Source: Trichodelitschia bisporula
Taxonomy: Eukaryota
DNA: 59,427 nucleotides
Direction of reading: 5' to 3'
NCBI GenBank assembly: GCA_010356995.1
Contig: ML996689.1
Coordinates: 1,816,691 to 1,876,117, forward strand
How positions within the stretch are numbered: the first letter of the stretch is position 1; every line of letters starts with the position of its first letter. Made by a program: the position numbers and the translations under genes. The notes below the pieces were generated by a model, which did not search any database, was not told the origin of the DNA, and saw nothing but the letters and a program-made list of their open reading frames with translations. Positions 48,579-59,427 of the stretch are shown piece by piece.

Positions 48579-49645
48579 TCATACGGTCGAGTGCTCGGGG
48601 ATAAGAGTCAATGGGTCCTGGTTGTCCATGTGGTTTCCCTCCTGAAGCAGATCGGAAAGGAAAAATGGGAAAGAATAGCCAGTTTCCGGGGGACGGCCAC
48701 TTCCATCCGGGGTAACTCCGTTGGTCATGGTCCCCACGGCAGAGCGCCCGCTCGGAAGATACTGGTACGGTAGGTAGGCAAGGTTGGCAGACAGAAGACG
48801 TTCTGCAAAAGCTATGCCACCCCAATCCTCGGAAACCGGTTGGGGGATATGAGGGATGGATGTCGACGGCCCACTGCTGGTTGGCAGGTAACCCGACAGA
48901 TCAATCGCGGGTCCACTATCAAACCGGTCCAACGGGAGGTGGATATTCCCAGAAACATGGCCAAGTCTGGAGGACATGGGATCCAACGGCTCTCCAGAAC
49001 TGGGGACCAAAGCACTTCCAAAATAAACGTCCGGCTTGGTTACGGCTGTGGCTCTGACCGTCTTGGGAAATGAACTCAGCTGCGGGAGAAATCCACTTGA
49101 CTGGCTCTCCGGAGTGAAAATGGCATCCGGATATTCGTCCGGCACAGAGGAAGAACTGCAGCTCCGAAGGGTAGGTTCACCCGCCGGGGCCGACTCCGGG
49201 AGGCTTGTAGAGCATTGTATATTCGAAGGCCGGGACGACGTACGCGACTTTTTCACTCTGGCATCGCGCTGAGGCCCCAGAGGGTGGTTGCGGTTGCACT
49301 AAAGAGTTCAACTCGGCTTCAAGAGGGGTGGAACGAGCATACTCTTTTTTTTTGCCCTTTGCATCGCGTGCAGGCCCCCCGAGAACGCATCATTTTGGTA
49401 TCTCGCTTCTCCTCCTCCGTCATTGCGCGCCGGGCCGGGGGAGTTTTGGTCGGCTTCATCTTGGAATCAAATGTCATGACATACTCCTGTTTGACAGGCG
49501 CCGGACCGGGCTCCGAGGCGGTGGCATCGGCTGAAGTCGACCTAGACCGAGAGACACATTCCCGAACCAGCATTTCCAGATCGGCACGGGACATGGATCG
49601 TAGCTCAGCATCGGACAAAGTCCTCTTCCTCTCGTTGGGTAGCAT
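48579..49645 (-). CDS. Putative transcription factor with a truncated Zn-cluster-like motif (CxxC-x6-C-x3-H)
   Basis: RRAMTEEEKRDTKMMRSRGACTRCKGQKKR|CNRNH across intron 49299-49342 (GTATGC..TAG), in frame with ORF 48579-49256. Confidence 0.65.
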
Positions 49646-50169
49646 TGTAACAGTGGGGCGAGAATGATGGAGTCGAGGAAAAAGGTGAGGCGAGCTAAAG
49701 AGCTGGAGCTATATGTCATCCAACAGACTCCGCCACTGAAGGAAGTGGTCAGCATGCTATATGAGAGGACTCAGCCGCCTGGGGAATTCTTCGAGCCCCG
49801 ACGCCTACTTTGCTCACGGCGTTGTCAGCAGCGACATGGCTGGCCGAGAGTTTGGCCGCGCCACAAAGGGCATCGGCACTGAGGCCGCCTGGTGCATCGG
49901 AGCCCAAGCCGAATAAGAGATGTAGTGGGACTGCAATATGAGTGGAGGGCAGCATCAGGCTCAGCTAGGGGGAAGATACGAGCTGCGTCGAGATGCTTGT
50001 CATCTTGGTGTTGAGCCAAGTTGCCTCGAGTTTGCCTTGATAAACTACAGGGGGCATCCCTACCGTCCCTCACTGGCCAAGCCACACCCTTGGCGGCCAG
50101 CGTTGCAGGCCCCCTTTTGGGAACAGCCAAAGTGTTATTCTGTCCTCCAACTCCGAAAAGCCATCAACA

Positions 50170-50949
50170 ATGTCTTCTGCCTTGCGTTTGTGCAGCTTTC
50201 TGCTGCTGTGCGTCGTTGTCGCCGCCCTCAAGTTTGATGTTCCCGCCCACAGCGGCCACGAATCGGCCAAGCACGAGCGCTGCATCAGGAATTTTGTCGC
50301 GAAAGACCAGCTCGTTGTGGTGACCGCGATCACGGATGGATATAGAGGGGATGGCATGCAACTGAATCTCAATGTACGTCGCCGTCTGGCGGCCGACGAA
50401 AGCTGACGCCGCAGATCCACGACGCCGTCGGCAACCAATATGGGCGACCGAGGGACGTTGCGGGCGAGAACCGTTATGCCTTTACATCGCACGCCGACTC
50501 CGCCTTCGACGTGTGCTTTGAGAATATCATGACGAGTATGTTGGTTCCACCCTGTATGTGCCCCGCTAACCCTCACCAGAGCACATCTCCGGCAACCCCG
50601 CCCGGCACGTCGAGCTCGATGTGGACATTGGCGCAGACGCGAAGGACTGGAGCGAGGTGCAGGCTGGCGAGAAGCTGAAGCCCGTGGAGACGGAACTGCG
50701 CCGCATTGAGGAGGTCGTGGCCGAGATTGTGTCGGAGATGGAATACCTGCGCTCGCGCGAGCAGAAGCTGCGGGACACCAACGAGAGCACCAACGAGCGC
50801 GTCAAGTGGTTTGCGATAATGACAATGGGGATGCTGGTTGCGCTCGGCGTGTGGCAGGTTGTGTACCTGCGTGCCTACTTCCGGTTAGTGGCGGCGGCTG
50901 TGGCAAGCAAGACGAGGCTAACTTGTGCAGGTCGAAGCATCTTATCTAG
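50170..50949 (+). CDS. ERV25: p24 delta cargo receptor Erv25 (TMED10)
   Basis: Signal peptide, GOLD domain, [36 protein letters not shown]; three introns. Confidence 0.95.
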
Positions 50950-51789
50950 GTTCGGGCAGGGCATTGCAGGAGCGGATTGTGTAGATTCAATATTGACGAC
51001 TGGTGTGCATCAATGGGCGCGATGTGATGCGTAGGCGCATGCGTGCGAATACATGGTTTGGGGTCGAGGAGCTGGCAGCTCAACATTTGGCGTACTGCTA
51101 ACAGATTTCTGTGTTTGCGTCCGTGGTCGGGTCCATGGGCGGTTCCATGATCGCATACTAGCAAAGAGAGACGCCGCACTCGACATCAGCTTTTCACCTC
51201 GTGCCGCCTGGATTCCCATGTTCGGCGTCGCACTAGGGCACTCGCCCTTTAAGCAGATGTTCTGTGTCAAAAGCTCGACGAATGCCCGATGATTTCAATT
51301 CCGGGGACTCCATATTCTGATGTGCAGTCGCTTTGAATTGACTATTTGGCCCTGATCTAACTTACTGCTTCCCCACGATCGCCGGACCCGTTCGACAAAG
51401 CCGGCTAACCGCTAGCCAACGCCTGCCAAGGTGTAGAAAGGCGGGGCGGGCTGCTGTGCTATCCATGACCGGCATTTCGATGTAACCGTCGCGGACTTGC
51501 GTGCGCTGGTCTCGCTGACAAGCATGACCTCTGAATGTCAGGGTGTGCAGCTTCACATGCTGGTTGAAGCTTTGGGATCGTGGACGCGATTTTGCTGGGC
51601 AAGGGCCCTTGCTCGACTCCGCCGAACCCCATTCGGATGCCGCATAACAGGCCAGACGTTTGCGGCGCCGGTTTCCAAGCTGTAGATGCATCTCCTGCTG
51701 CTGCCTAGTGCCAGAGCCGCAGCACCGCCGCAAGTAGAGAAGGCCCGGGGGATTACTATCACAACGTGATGGCTAGCATTGGTGTTATC

Positions 51790-52022
51790 TGTCAGGGGCG
51801 TGCAAAAGTGTGGAAGTCACGATGGGTATGGTGCAGGCATGAACAAGTTACTTCCACAAAGATCTATCTGAAGAGCGAGCCGCCAGACTCTTGAGCAGAT
51901 CGCGCTGCCATCTGCCTAAGGCACGGCGGGGTGCGGGAAGGCTGGCGTGACGTGACAGCAGCCGCGGGGGAAGATCGCGGGGAGCCAATGAGGTTAAGGC
52001 CCGGCATTAGTCTCCCACGATA
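51790..52022 (-). repeat. Probable 3' LTR of Gypsy element 1
   Basis: Follows a minus-strand polypurine tract AAGGGGGGA-TCG (52023-52034), the same PPT-TCG arrangement as element 2; distal end TGACA at 51790 is uncertain. Confidence 0.45.
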
Positions 52023-54329
52023 CGATCCCCCCTTAAGGGGCGAGCTCCTGCGAGCCAGCCCTACACCTATTGCGCCGCCCTCAGGACCTCCAAATGCCCA
52101 CTCTAAGATCCCACTCCAAAATCCCATCAAACCTCCTTTTTTAACACCATCAGGGCCAATCTTGCTGCAATGTTGTCCTCCACATCCTTCTCCCAGGCAT
52201 CCCAAGTCTCGGAGGTATACTTTTTGAATGACTCATGTGGTCCCGGTTTGGATTGATATGTGCGGTGGAAAGCCGCTATCAACGCCGGGCATCCCACCAA
52301 GTCATCCCAGTCGTACCACTTCCGGTCATCAGGCCAGCCTCTCCACTTCACCATGTACTGCAAGTACTCTCTTTTGCCCGTCAACGGGTCTTTCTTCCCC
52401 TTGAACACCCGCGAATTCAAGACCTCTTCAACTTCCCACTCTGCTTCCCCCTCGTGCACTTCCAACGGGCCTGGCTCTTCCTCTTCTTGGCCCAAAACCG
52501 GGGGATCCGCGTGGTGCAGGAGCACCGGATGAAACCATGGGAAGATCTTGAACGAGGGAGGTAGCTCCAGCTTGACAGCGCTACCGTTCTTTCCAACGTC
52601 AATCACTTTGAACCGGCCCAGGTTGCGGTGGTCGAGCTTGCGGCTTGGACGGTTTGTTGCAACATTCCTTGCATCGAGCATAACCATGTCACCAACGCGG
52701 AACTCGGGCGCTGGGATGCGATGTCGATCCGCGTACTCCTTCTGCACAGCCTGAGCCCAGGCCATTTGATGCTTGAGTGTTTCGCGGACTTTGATGATGC
52801 GGCTGATGATGCGGTCAACTTGTTGTCGTGACAGCTTGTCCTTGAATGTCAAGTCCTGGTCGCCGGGCTCTGGCGGCTCAATTCCCCAACATGGCACGTA
52901 ACCCTTGGTGGCCTCGAACGGGGCAAAACCGGTTGTCGCGGATACACTGGCGTTGGCCTCAAACTCGGCAATGGGCAAGTACGCGACCCAGTCGTCCATG
53001 GCAAAGTTGACGTACGCCCTGAGGTAGGATTTCAACCAGCCGTTTGCCCTTTCCGTCTGACCATCGGTCTCGGGATAAAAGGCTGTCGACAGCTTTGGGG
53101 TTGTGCCAATCCTTTTGCAGAGGCGAGCCCAGAAGTGGGAGACGAACTGTGATCCGCGGTCGGAGATGATCGATCGGGGGTATCCTTCTTCTCGCCATAT
53201 CCATTCGAGGAAGCGTGCAACCACGTACTCGGTCTCCAAGTTCTCCATTGCGATGAAGCGCTTTCGTTTGGAGAGACGGTCTACGACCACGAGAATGTGC
53301 TCGTAACGGACGCCGAGAAAAGTGCACACCGGCAATGGTGTGATGAAGTCGAGGGTGATATCTGTCCAGTATTGCGCAGGAATGGGGAACGGCTTGAGTA
53401 GGCCTTGCTTGCCTTCGGAGTATGGCTTGCTCATCTTGCAGCGCTGGCAGCCCTTGACCCAGTTTTGCACCGAGGCGTGCAGTCCAGGCCAGTAGTAGTG
53501 TCGGGAGATCTTGCCGTAGGTTGCTTCTCGACCAGCATGGCCGCCGACAGGGGAAGCGTGAGCTTGACGGAGGATTTCGACACGGGCACCGAGGGGAGCG
53601 AAGAGCTTTCCTGCGTGGTATAGTAGGTCCTGCCCATTGTAGGGGATGATCTCACAGGCGGCGAGCTCAAGCTTCGTAGTACCAGCAATGAGATCGGAAG
53701 GGAGTCGACGCGTGCCGCTGCGCTCGGCGTCGATGATTCGCTGGAGGTTCCCGTCGTTTTCGTACTCGGCAAGGACAAGATCGTGGACCGATGGGGGAAG
53801 GGGCTCGCGTTCGTCGTCCTCGGCGGATAGGACCATGAGCAGCGCCGTTGCCTGAAGACTGGACATTTCCGGCTCCTGTTCCATCAGCAAAATGGAGGCG
53901 AGGCGGACCGCCGTGTGCGAGGATGTCGAAGCGTCCCTGTTGCGGGCTTGAATCATTTCCGGCTTGAGCACCGTCTGGCGCATGTACTGCGAGCGCGGGT
54001 CTTCTGGACCGGGAAGGAAGGTGGAGTGGCGGGTGAGGCTATCAGGCTTGGTGCTGAGCCTGCCCGGCCGATGGATGATTCGAAAGTTGAACTCCGATAG
54101 AAACTCTGCCCAGCGCGCTTGTCGCCTGGTGAGGTCCTTGGACGACATGAACCATTCGAGATTGCGGTGATCGGAGAGGATACGGATGGGATCCTCAGGG
54201 CGATTGCCGGACAGCTCAGGGCGCCATTCTTCAAAAGCGCGGATGATGGCCAGCAGTTCCTTGTCGTAGATTTCGTAGTTGCACTCCGCTGGGCTCATCT
54301 TTTTGCTCATGAACGCCACGGGGTGCAAT

Positions 54330-54503
54330 TGTTGGAAAGCGGTGGCTGTGTTCAGCCTTACCCAGGTTCAGCCACAGAGCTCGAGTACAAGTAGACTCGG
54401 GATCCCTATCTCTTTGACAATTAAGCAACTTGTTCATGGACAGACCCTTGGTCCAACTTATGATGCTGTGATGTCTTCATTGATCACTCATCCCCTTTCA
54501 ACA
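54330..54503. mobile_element. Solo LTR (174 bp) with 5-bp target-site duplication
   Basis: TGTTGGAAAG...CTTTCAACA termini flanked by GCAAT (54325-54329 and 54504-54508); removing it restores DDGVL-HPVAF. Confidence 0.9.
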
Positions 54504-54561
54504 GCAATACTCCATCGTCCCCTTTCTGCGAGAGAATGGCGGCCACAACATAGTCAGATGC

Positions 54562-54769
54562 TGTCACCGTCAACAATCACGCATGCACGATCAAGATGTG
54601 GGTAAGACGTAGATTGTAAAGCTACGGAGTAAAGGTGTCAGGGACTGCGGGTAAGTAGGCCTGGTGTACGAGTGTGAGTTTGGCGGCTTGGCACAGCGCC
54701 AAGCCCCATACAAACCCGGTGATGGTGCGAGCCCATGGAGCAACAGAAACCGGGTGTCATACCGTGACA
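54562..54769 (-). repeat. 3' LTR of Gypsy element 2 (208 bp)
   Basis: TGTCAC...GTGACA termini; preceded on the minus strand by PPT GAAGGGGGGGGG-TCG. Confidence 0.85.
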
Positions 54770-55714
54770 CGACCCCCCCCCTTCGAAAGAATGCCCCCCC
54801 CCCTCAGCTGTTATTGGAGAGACGATACATCTCATTGGCAATCTCCTCCCAACTTTCCTTGTTGCCAAAGCTCGGGTGTGGACCGGCCTTTGTCGGATTG
54901 GCACTGTGATAGGCTTCGAGCAAGCCCCGGCATCCGACTGTGTCCCAATACGGCTGCCATTGAGGGTTCTTGTTCCAATCAGGGAAGCCGGAGTACTTGA
55001 TCTTGTACTGTAGTAGCTTCCGGCGGTGCTTCCCGCGACGAGTGTCGGACGGATCAGCCTCCCGAGGAGCCCACCGACTGTCCGCAATCTCCTGAACGAT
55101 CCATTCGGGATCTCCATCTTCCGTGACAATTGGTTCCGGAGTCTTCTGTCGCTGCCCGGTGATTGGTTCCGCGTCTGCTAGCTCTAAGAACCAGTTGTGG
55201 AACACAGGGTGGATCTTCATTGTGTCTGGGAGCTCTAACTCGCAGGCGCTTCCATCGACTACTCGCAAGACCTTGAAGGGTCCCATGCGTTTGTGATCGA
55301 GGGAACGGCTCGGGCGTTCTGTCTTGATGTTTCGGGAGTCCAGGAATACGTAATCCCCAGGCATCAGCTCCGGGGCAGGGAGACGCTTCCTGTCGGCAAA
55401 CTCCTTCTGCCTAGCCTGACTCCACGCCAGGTTGTCCTTTAACATGCTCTGGAGGCAGCCGATGCGCTGCACTAGCTTATCCGCTTTATCAACTTCGAGC
55501 TTCACGTGCGCAGGTCCACGCGGTACAGGGGGAAATTCTGGTTGCAACCCCGCGTTCGGAATGTACCCTTTGGTGGCCAGGAACGGCGCGATGCCTGTCG
55601 ACTCGCTAGGTGCCGCATTGGCCTCAAACTCGGCGAACGGCAGTAGATCTACCCAATCACTCTGTACGTAATTGGTGAAGCAGCGTAAATACTGCTTTAG
55701 ACCTGCGTTTGCAC
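54562..55714 (-). mobile_element. Ty3/Gypsy chromovirus element 2 (integrase C-terminus, chromodomain, PPT, LTR); 5' part lies in the gap
   Basis: ANAGLKQYLRCF..WVDLLPFAEF, RMGPFKV, IHPVFH, chromodomain EWIVQEIADSR..LQYKIKY; stop at 54804. Confidence 0.92.
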
Positions 55715-56364
55715 NNNNNNNNNNNNNNNNNNNNNNNNNNNNNNNNNNNNNNNNNNNNNNNNNNNNNNNNNNNNNNNNNNNNNNNNNNNNNNNNNNNNNN
55801 NNNNNNNNNNNNNNNNNNNNNNNNNNNNNNNNNNNNNNNNNNNNNNNNNNNNNNNNNNNNNNNNNNNNNNNNNNNNNNNNNNNNNNNNNNNNNNNNNNNN
55901 NNNNNNNNNNNNNNNNNNNNNNNNNNNNNNNNNNNNNNNNNNNNNNNNNNNNNNNNNNNNNNNNNNNNNNNNNNNNNNNNNNNNNNNNNNNNNNNNNNNN
56001 NNNNNNNNNNNNNNNNNNNNNNNNNNNNNNNNNNNNNNNNNNNNNNNNNNNNNNNNNNNNNNNNNNNNNNNNNNNNNNNNNNNNNNNNNNNNNNNNNNNN
56101 NNNNNNNNNNNNNNNNNNNNNNNNNNNNNNNNNNNNNNNNNNNNNNNNNNNNNNNNNNNNNNNNNNNNNNNNNNNNNNNNNNNNNNNNNNNNNNNNNNNN
56201 NNNNNNNNNNNNNNNNNNNNNNNNNNNNNNNNNNNNNNNNNNNNNNNNNNNNNNNNNNNNNNNNNNNNNNNNNNNNNNNNNNNNNNNNNNNNNNNNNNNN
56301 NNNNNNNNNNNNNNNNNNNNNNNNNNNNNNNNNNNNNNNNNNNNNNNNNNNNNNNNNNNNNNNN
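55715..56364. other. Assembly gap (650 N)
   Basis: Run of N. Confidence 1.
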
Positions 56365-56620
56365 CAAGTCCCCGGCCCAGTCGCTGTCCGTGTAGCCGAC
56401 AAGGGGTTTGAGGCTTCCCTTGTACACGAGAGCCAAGTCGATGGTGCCTCTGAGGTATCGCATGATCCGCTTCACGGCCTTGATGTGTGCTTCGGTTGGG
56501 TTTGACGCGTACCGGCTGCATGCGGACACAGCAAAGGCGATGTCGGGTCTGGTACCGAGCATGGCGTACATCAGTGAGCCGATGGCTTTGGCATACCAGG
56601 TCTTCGCAACCTCCGTAGAC
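56365..56620 (-). mobile_element. Ty1/Copia retrotransposon fragment (RT end / RNase H start)
   Basis: YAKAIGSLMYAMLGTRPDIAFAVS..KRIMRYLRGT..GYTDSDWAGD. Confidence 0.93.
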
Positions 56621-59427
56621 CAGAGCTTTCAATAATTGATACGATATCAAGTATCAGTGATATATATTATTGATATATCGGTGATACTGATACTGATACG
56701 CCGAAGTATGTATTCATGTATTACTGATACTAAAGGATATTGAAGCTCAAATGCGTTCATATACGCTCAAAAGTTTGCCTATCGTGCTCTCCGTACTATA
56801 TTCTATCAATTGCCACTGGTTCCTATACATATGTTGCAAAAATGGATTTATAGTCAAAAAATTCGTGCGTTTGAAATGTCGATCTCTCTCTCGCCATAAG
56901 GATTTCTAGGCAACTACCTTAAAACCACCCTCAGCCAACTCTGGCATGCTACATTGCTAGTATCGCGTCCGATATACGCGTCAAACACGGAGGTAAGCTA
57001 GCTCCGAGGCATACCGAAGTTCTCCGAGCTCTTCAGCATATATTTCCGCGTAGTGATTTATGTGTGCTCTGATGCGTCGTGTGGTGGATGGAAGTCAAAT
57101 TGGCCTAGCGTGGGCCAATAGGAGGCCGAGGACGTGGGCTGCAACCACGGGGTTGACATCTCTCACATCTTTCACATCTCTATCTCCGTCACCTAAATCA
57201 CCCACGCACGTACGCACCTCATCTCTCGTCTCTCACATCACATCTTGTCTCTGACATCACTTCGCCACCACACATATACCAGCCAATCATAACTTGCGGC
57301 GGAGGACTCGAGATGGCAGACAGTCTGCTCTTCGTACCAGAGAGCTCGCCTCTCTCTGAGCCGCAGTCATCTTCGGACTCTCTCGCCTCTGAAGTTCCAT
57401 CTATCGCGTCATCAGAGGCAGAAGCATCGGGATACGAGCTGGTCGACGGTACACGGAAGCGCAAGGCAACATCGGCTGTCTGGAAATACTTCAGAGATCC
57501 ACGCGATACGGAGCAGAAGCGGCGCGACGGCTACCGTGTGTACTACTGCCCGCGCTGCCCTGGCAAGCCGAAGCCATACACCGTCAGCACTAACGCCAAG
57601 AAACATCTTCTCAGTGAACACGGCATCGACGTGGATGCATTGGAGAACCCGAAGGCCGGAAAGCGGCAACAAACACTACACGAGGCAATCCAGCGAGGAG
57701 CTTTGGAGGGCAAGCTCAATCATTCAACGTTTCGAGAAGCTCAGCTTCGCCTCATCGCCACACGCCGTCTACCGTTCAACACGGTCACCTGGCCTGAGTA
57801 CAAGGATCTGCTCATTCTCCTCAACCCTCGGATCTCGTCAATGCTCACCCTCTCGCCTGCCACGGTGGCCACCGACTTGGAAAGGAGTTTTGCTGTTCAC
57901 AAGGCAACAATTCGCGATAAGCTCTCAAAAGCGCGATCTAAGCTGCACTTTGGCATTGACCTCTGGACGTCAACCCATCGCAAGGCGTACATGTCGATCA
58001 CTGGCCAGTACGTTGACGAGGCATTTATCTTGCGTACAATTCTCCTGGGTCTACCCCGCATCATTCATGACCACACTGGCGAGAACATGGCTAATCTCCT
58101 CTTCTCAACCCTCAAAGGCCTCGATGTTATTCACAACCTCGGCTTCTGCGTAGCAGATAATCATGGCGCAAACGACAAGTGCCTCCGATTTCTGTCCGTC
58201 AAGCTCAAGCATGAGAACATCTCCTTCGACCCTGTCCACCAGCGCATCCGTTGCATCGGGCACATCATTAACCTTGCGGTACAGAGTTTTCTCTTCGCAA
58301 CAAACAAAAAGGCAATGGAGGAGGCGCTGGCATGGGCATGGGAACGGGACGATGAGGACGAAGTTGAAGGCTTTTCGGACCGCCTACACGCCCACCTCCT
58401 TGAGGCCCAAGATCCGTCACTACCGGTCAGTTTTCGTCGCGAAGCAGGCTGGAGGAGCACCGGAACTCTAGGAAAAGTGCATAATTTGGCCGTTTTTATA
58501 CGGTCTTCTCCCCAGATTAGCGATGCATGGGGAGAGCTGGCTCATGAATCTCTAGGAATCGACAATGAGACGCGCTGGAACTCATGGTTCTATCTCCTCG
58601 AGAAGGTCCAGAAGCACCAAGGTCACCTCTTCACTTTCTGTCGAGAGTACTCCAGCAATCAGACAGTTAAAGCTAATACGCTTACCGACGACGACTGGGA
58701 CGTCATCGCTGAGACAGTTCGCTTCCTGAGCTTCTTCAAACGGGCAACTTTGGATAATGAAGGAGCATTCGTGTCGCTTGACCGAGCACTGGTAACGCTT
58801 GATGCTGTCATGACGTTTTGCGAGCGCGAAGTTGTGGGCTCTCCCATCCCCCCAGTTCCACGCATCTGCTAACTTGGCCGTAGGAGAAGCCATCATACCC
58901 GCGCAAATTTCAAAATTCTGTCAACATGTGCTGGCTTGTGCTCAAAAAGTACTACGGCTTGACCGATAAATCGCCTATCAATGCTGCTGCATTGCTTCTA
59001 CACCCAGCCCGGCGCCTGGCATACCTGCAGAAGAACTGGAACAAATCATGGGTGAAACCAGCCATCGCCAAAGTGCGGCAAATGTGGGAGGAGTATAGGG
59101 ATTTGCCAGCCATCATTCACACAACTCAGAACGCTGCTAATCCGCCTCAGAGGGATATGGACCAGTACGATGACATAATGGCCTCAATGAGCGTCTGTGA
59201 CTCGGATATCCCGCAACAGGGTGACGAATTTGATGCCTTCATCAACTCTCAGCCGTATCAAATCCCGTGCTCAGCGTTGGAGTGGTGGTGCCAGGATGTT
59301 CAGCGTCGCAGCTATCCTCATCTCGCGCGCATGGCGATCAATGTGCTCTCGGCACCTTCCTCGGCAGACGAGAACGAGCGGGTGTTTTCAGGTAGCAGGC
59401 GAACGATCTCATGGGAGAGAGCTAGCA
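56621..59427 (+). mobile_element. hAT-family DNA transposon, left end at 56621, continues beyond the window
   Basis: Copia frame stops abruptly at 56620; CAGAG terminus followed by an AT-rich subterminal region with six TGATAC/GTATCA repeats; transposase downstream. Confidence 0.85.
57313..59427 (+). CDS. hAT transposase (BED finger, DDE, C-terminal dimerisation domain), 3' incomplete
   Basis: SAVWKYF..CPRC..HLLSEH BED finger; IDLWTS, ADN, RCIGH, ETRWNS; intron ending 58883; LLHP..WW..YPHLARMAINVLSAPSSADENERVFS. Confidence 0.92.

Larger units (their letters stand above)
51790..54561 (-). mobile_element. Ty3/Gypsy chromovirus element 1 (RNase H, integrase, chromodomain), disrupted by nested insertions
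   Basis: ASDYVVAAILSQ..HPVAFMSKKM..NYEIYDKELLAI (RNase H), HHCC, LDFIT/SDRG/QTER DDE core, chromodomain WEVEEV..YMVKWRGW; pol ORF 52127-54328. Confidence 0.95.

Noticed and set aside
54804..56650. ORFs spanning the N gap that appear to fuse Copia RT with Gypsy integrase
   Set aside because: Artefact of translating through Ns; the two sides belong to different superfamilies

Overview
Gene-dense stretch of a filamentous ascomycete (Pezizomycotina) nuclear chromosome, recognised from short GT-AG introns with CTRAC branch points. About 24 intact protein genes: class II peroxidase, But2-domain secreted protein, GNAT, lactonase, IDO-like fusion, putative Spo16-like protein, CASC3/Btz, NBR1, RPL15, PTH11-like, HAD, NOP13, ECH1, RACK1/ASC1 (intronic U24 snoRNA), TFB5, PY-motif membrane protein, ALG13, RSM24, aspartic protease, SDH5, wetA, a half zinc-cluster protein and ERV25. 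Two decayed genes lie at 41-43 kb. From about 51.8 kb there is a nested transposon stack: a Gypsy chromovirus whose RNase H is interrupted by a solo LTR (5-bp TSD) and by a second Gypsy, a 650-N gap, then a Copia RT interrupted by an apparently intact hAT transposon. Best novelty candidate: a ~1004-aa ORF with an indoleamine-2,3-dioxygenase fold that appears to have lost its heme-ligand His, substrate Arg and GTGG loop and is fused to a coiled-coil plus a very acidic repeat tail (probable pseudoenzyme). All family calls come from recognising motifs by eye; no database searches were run.
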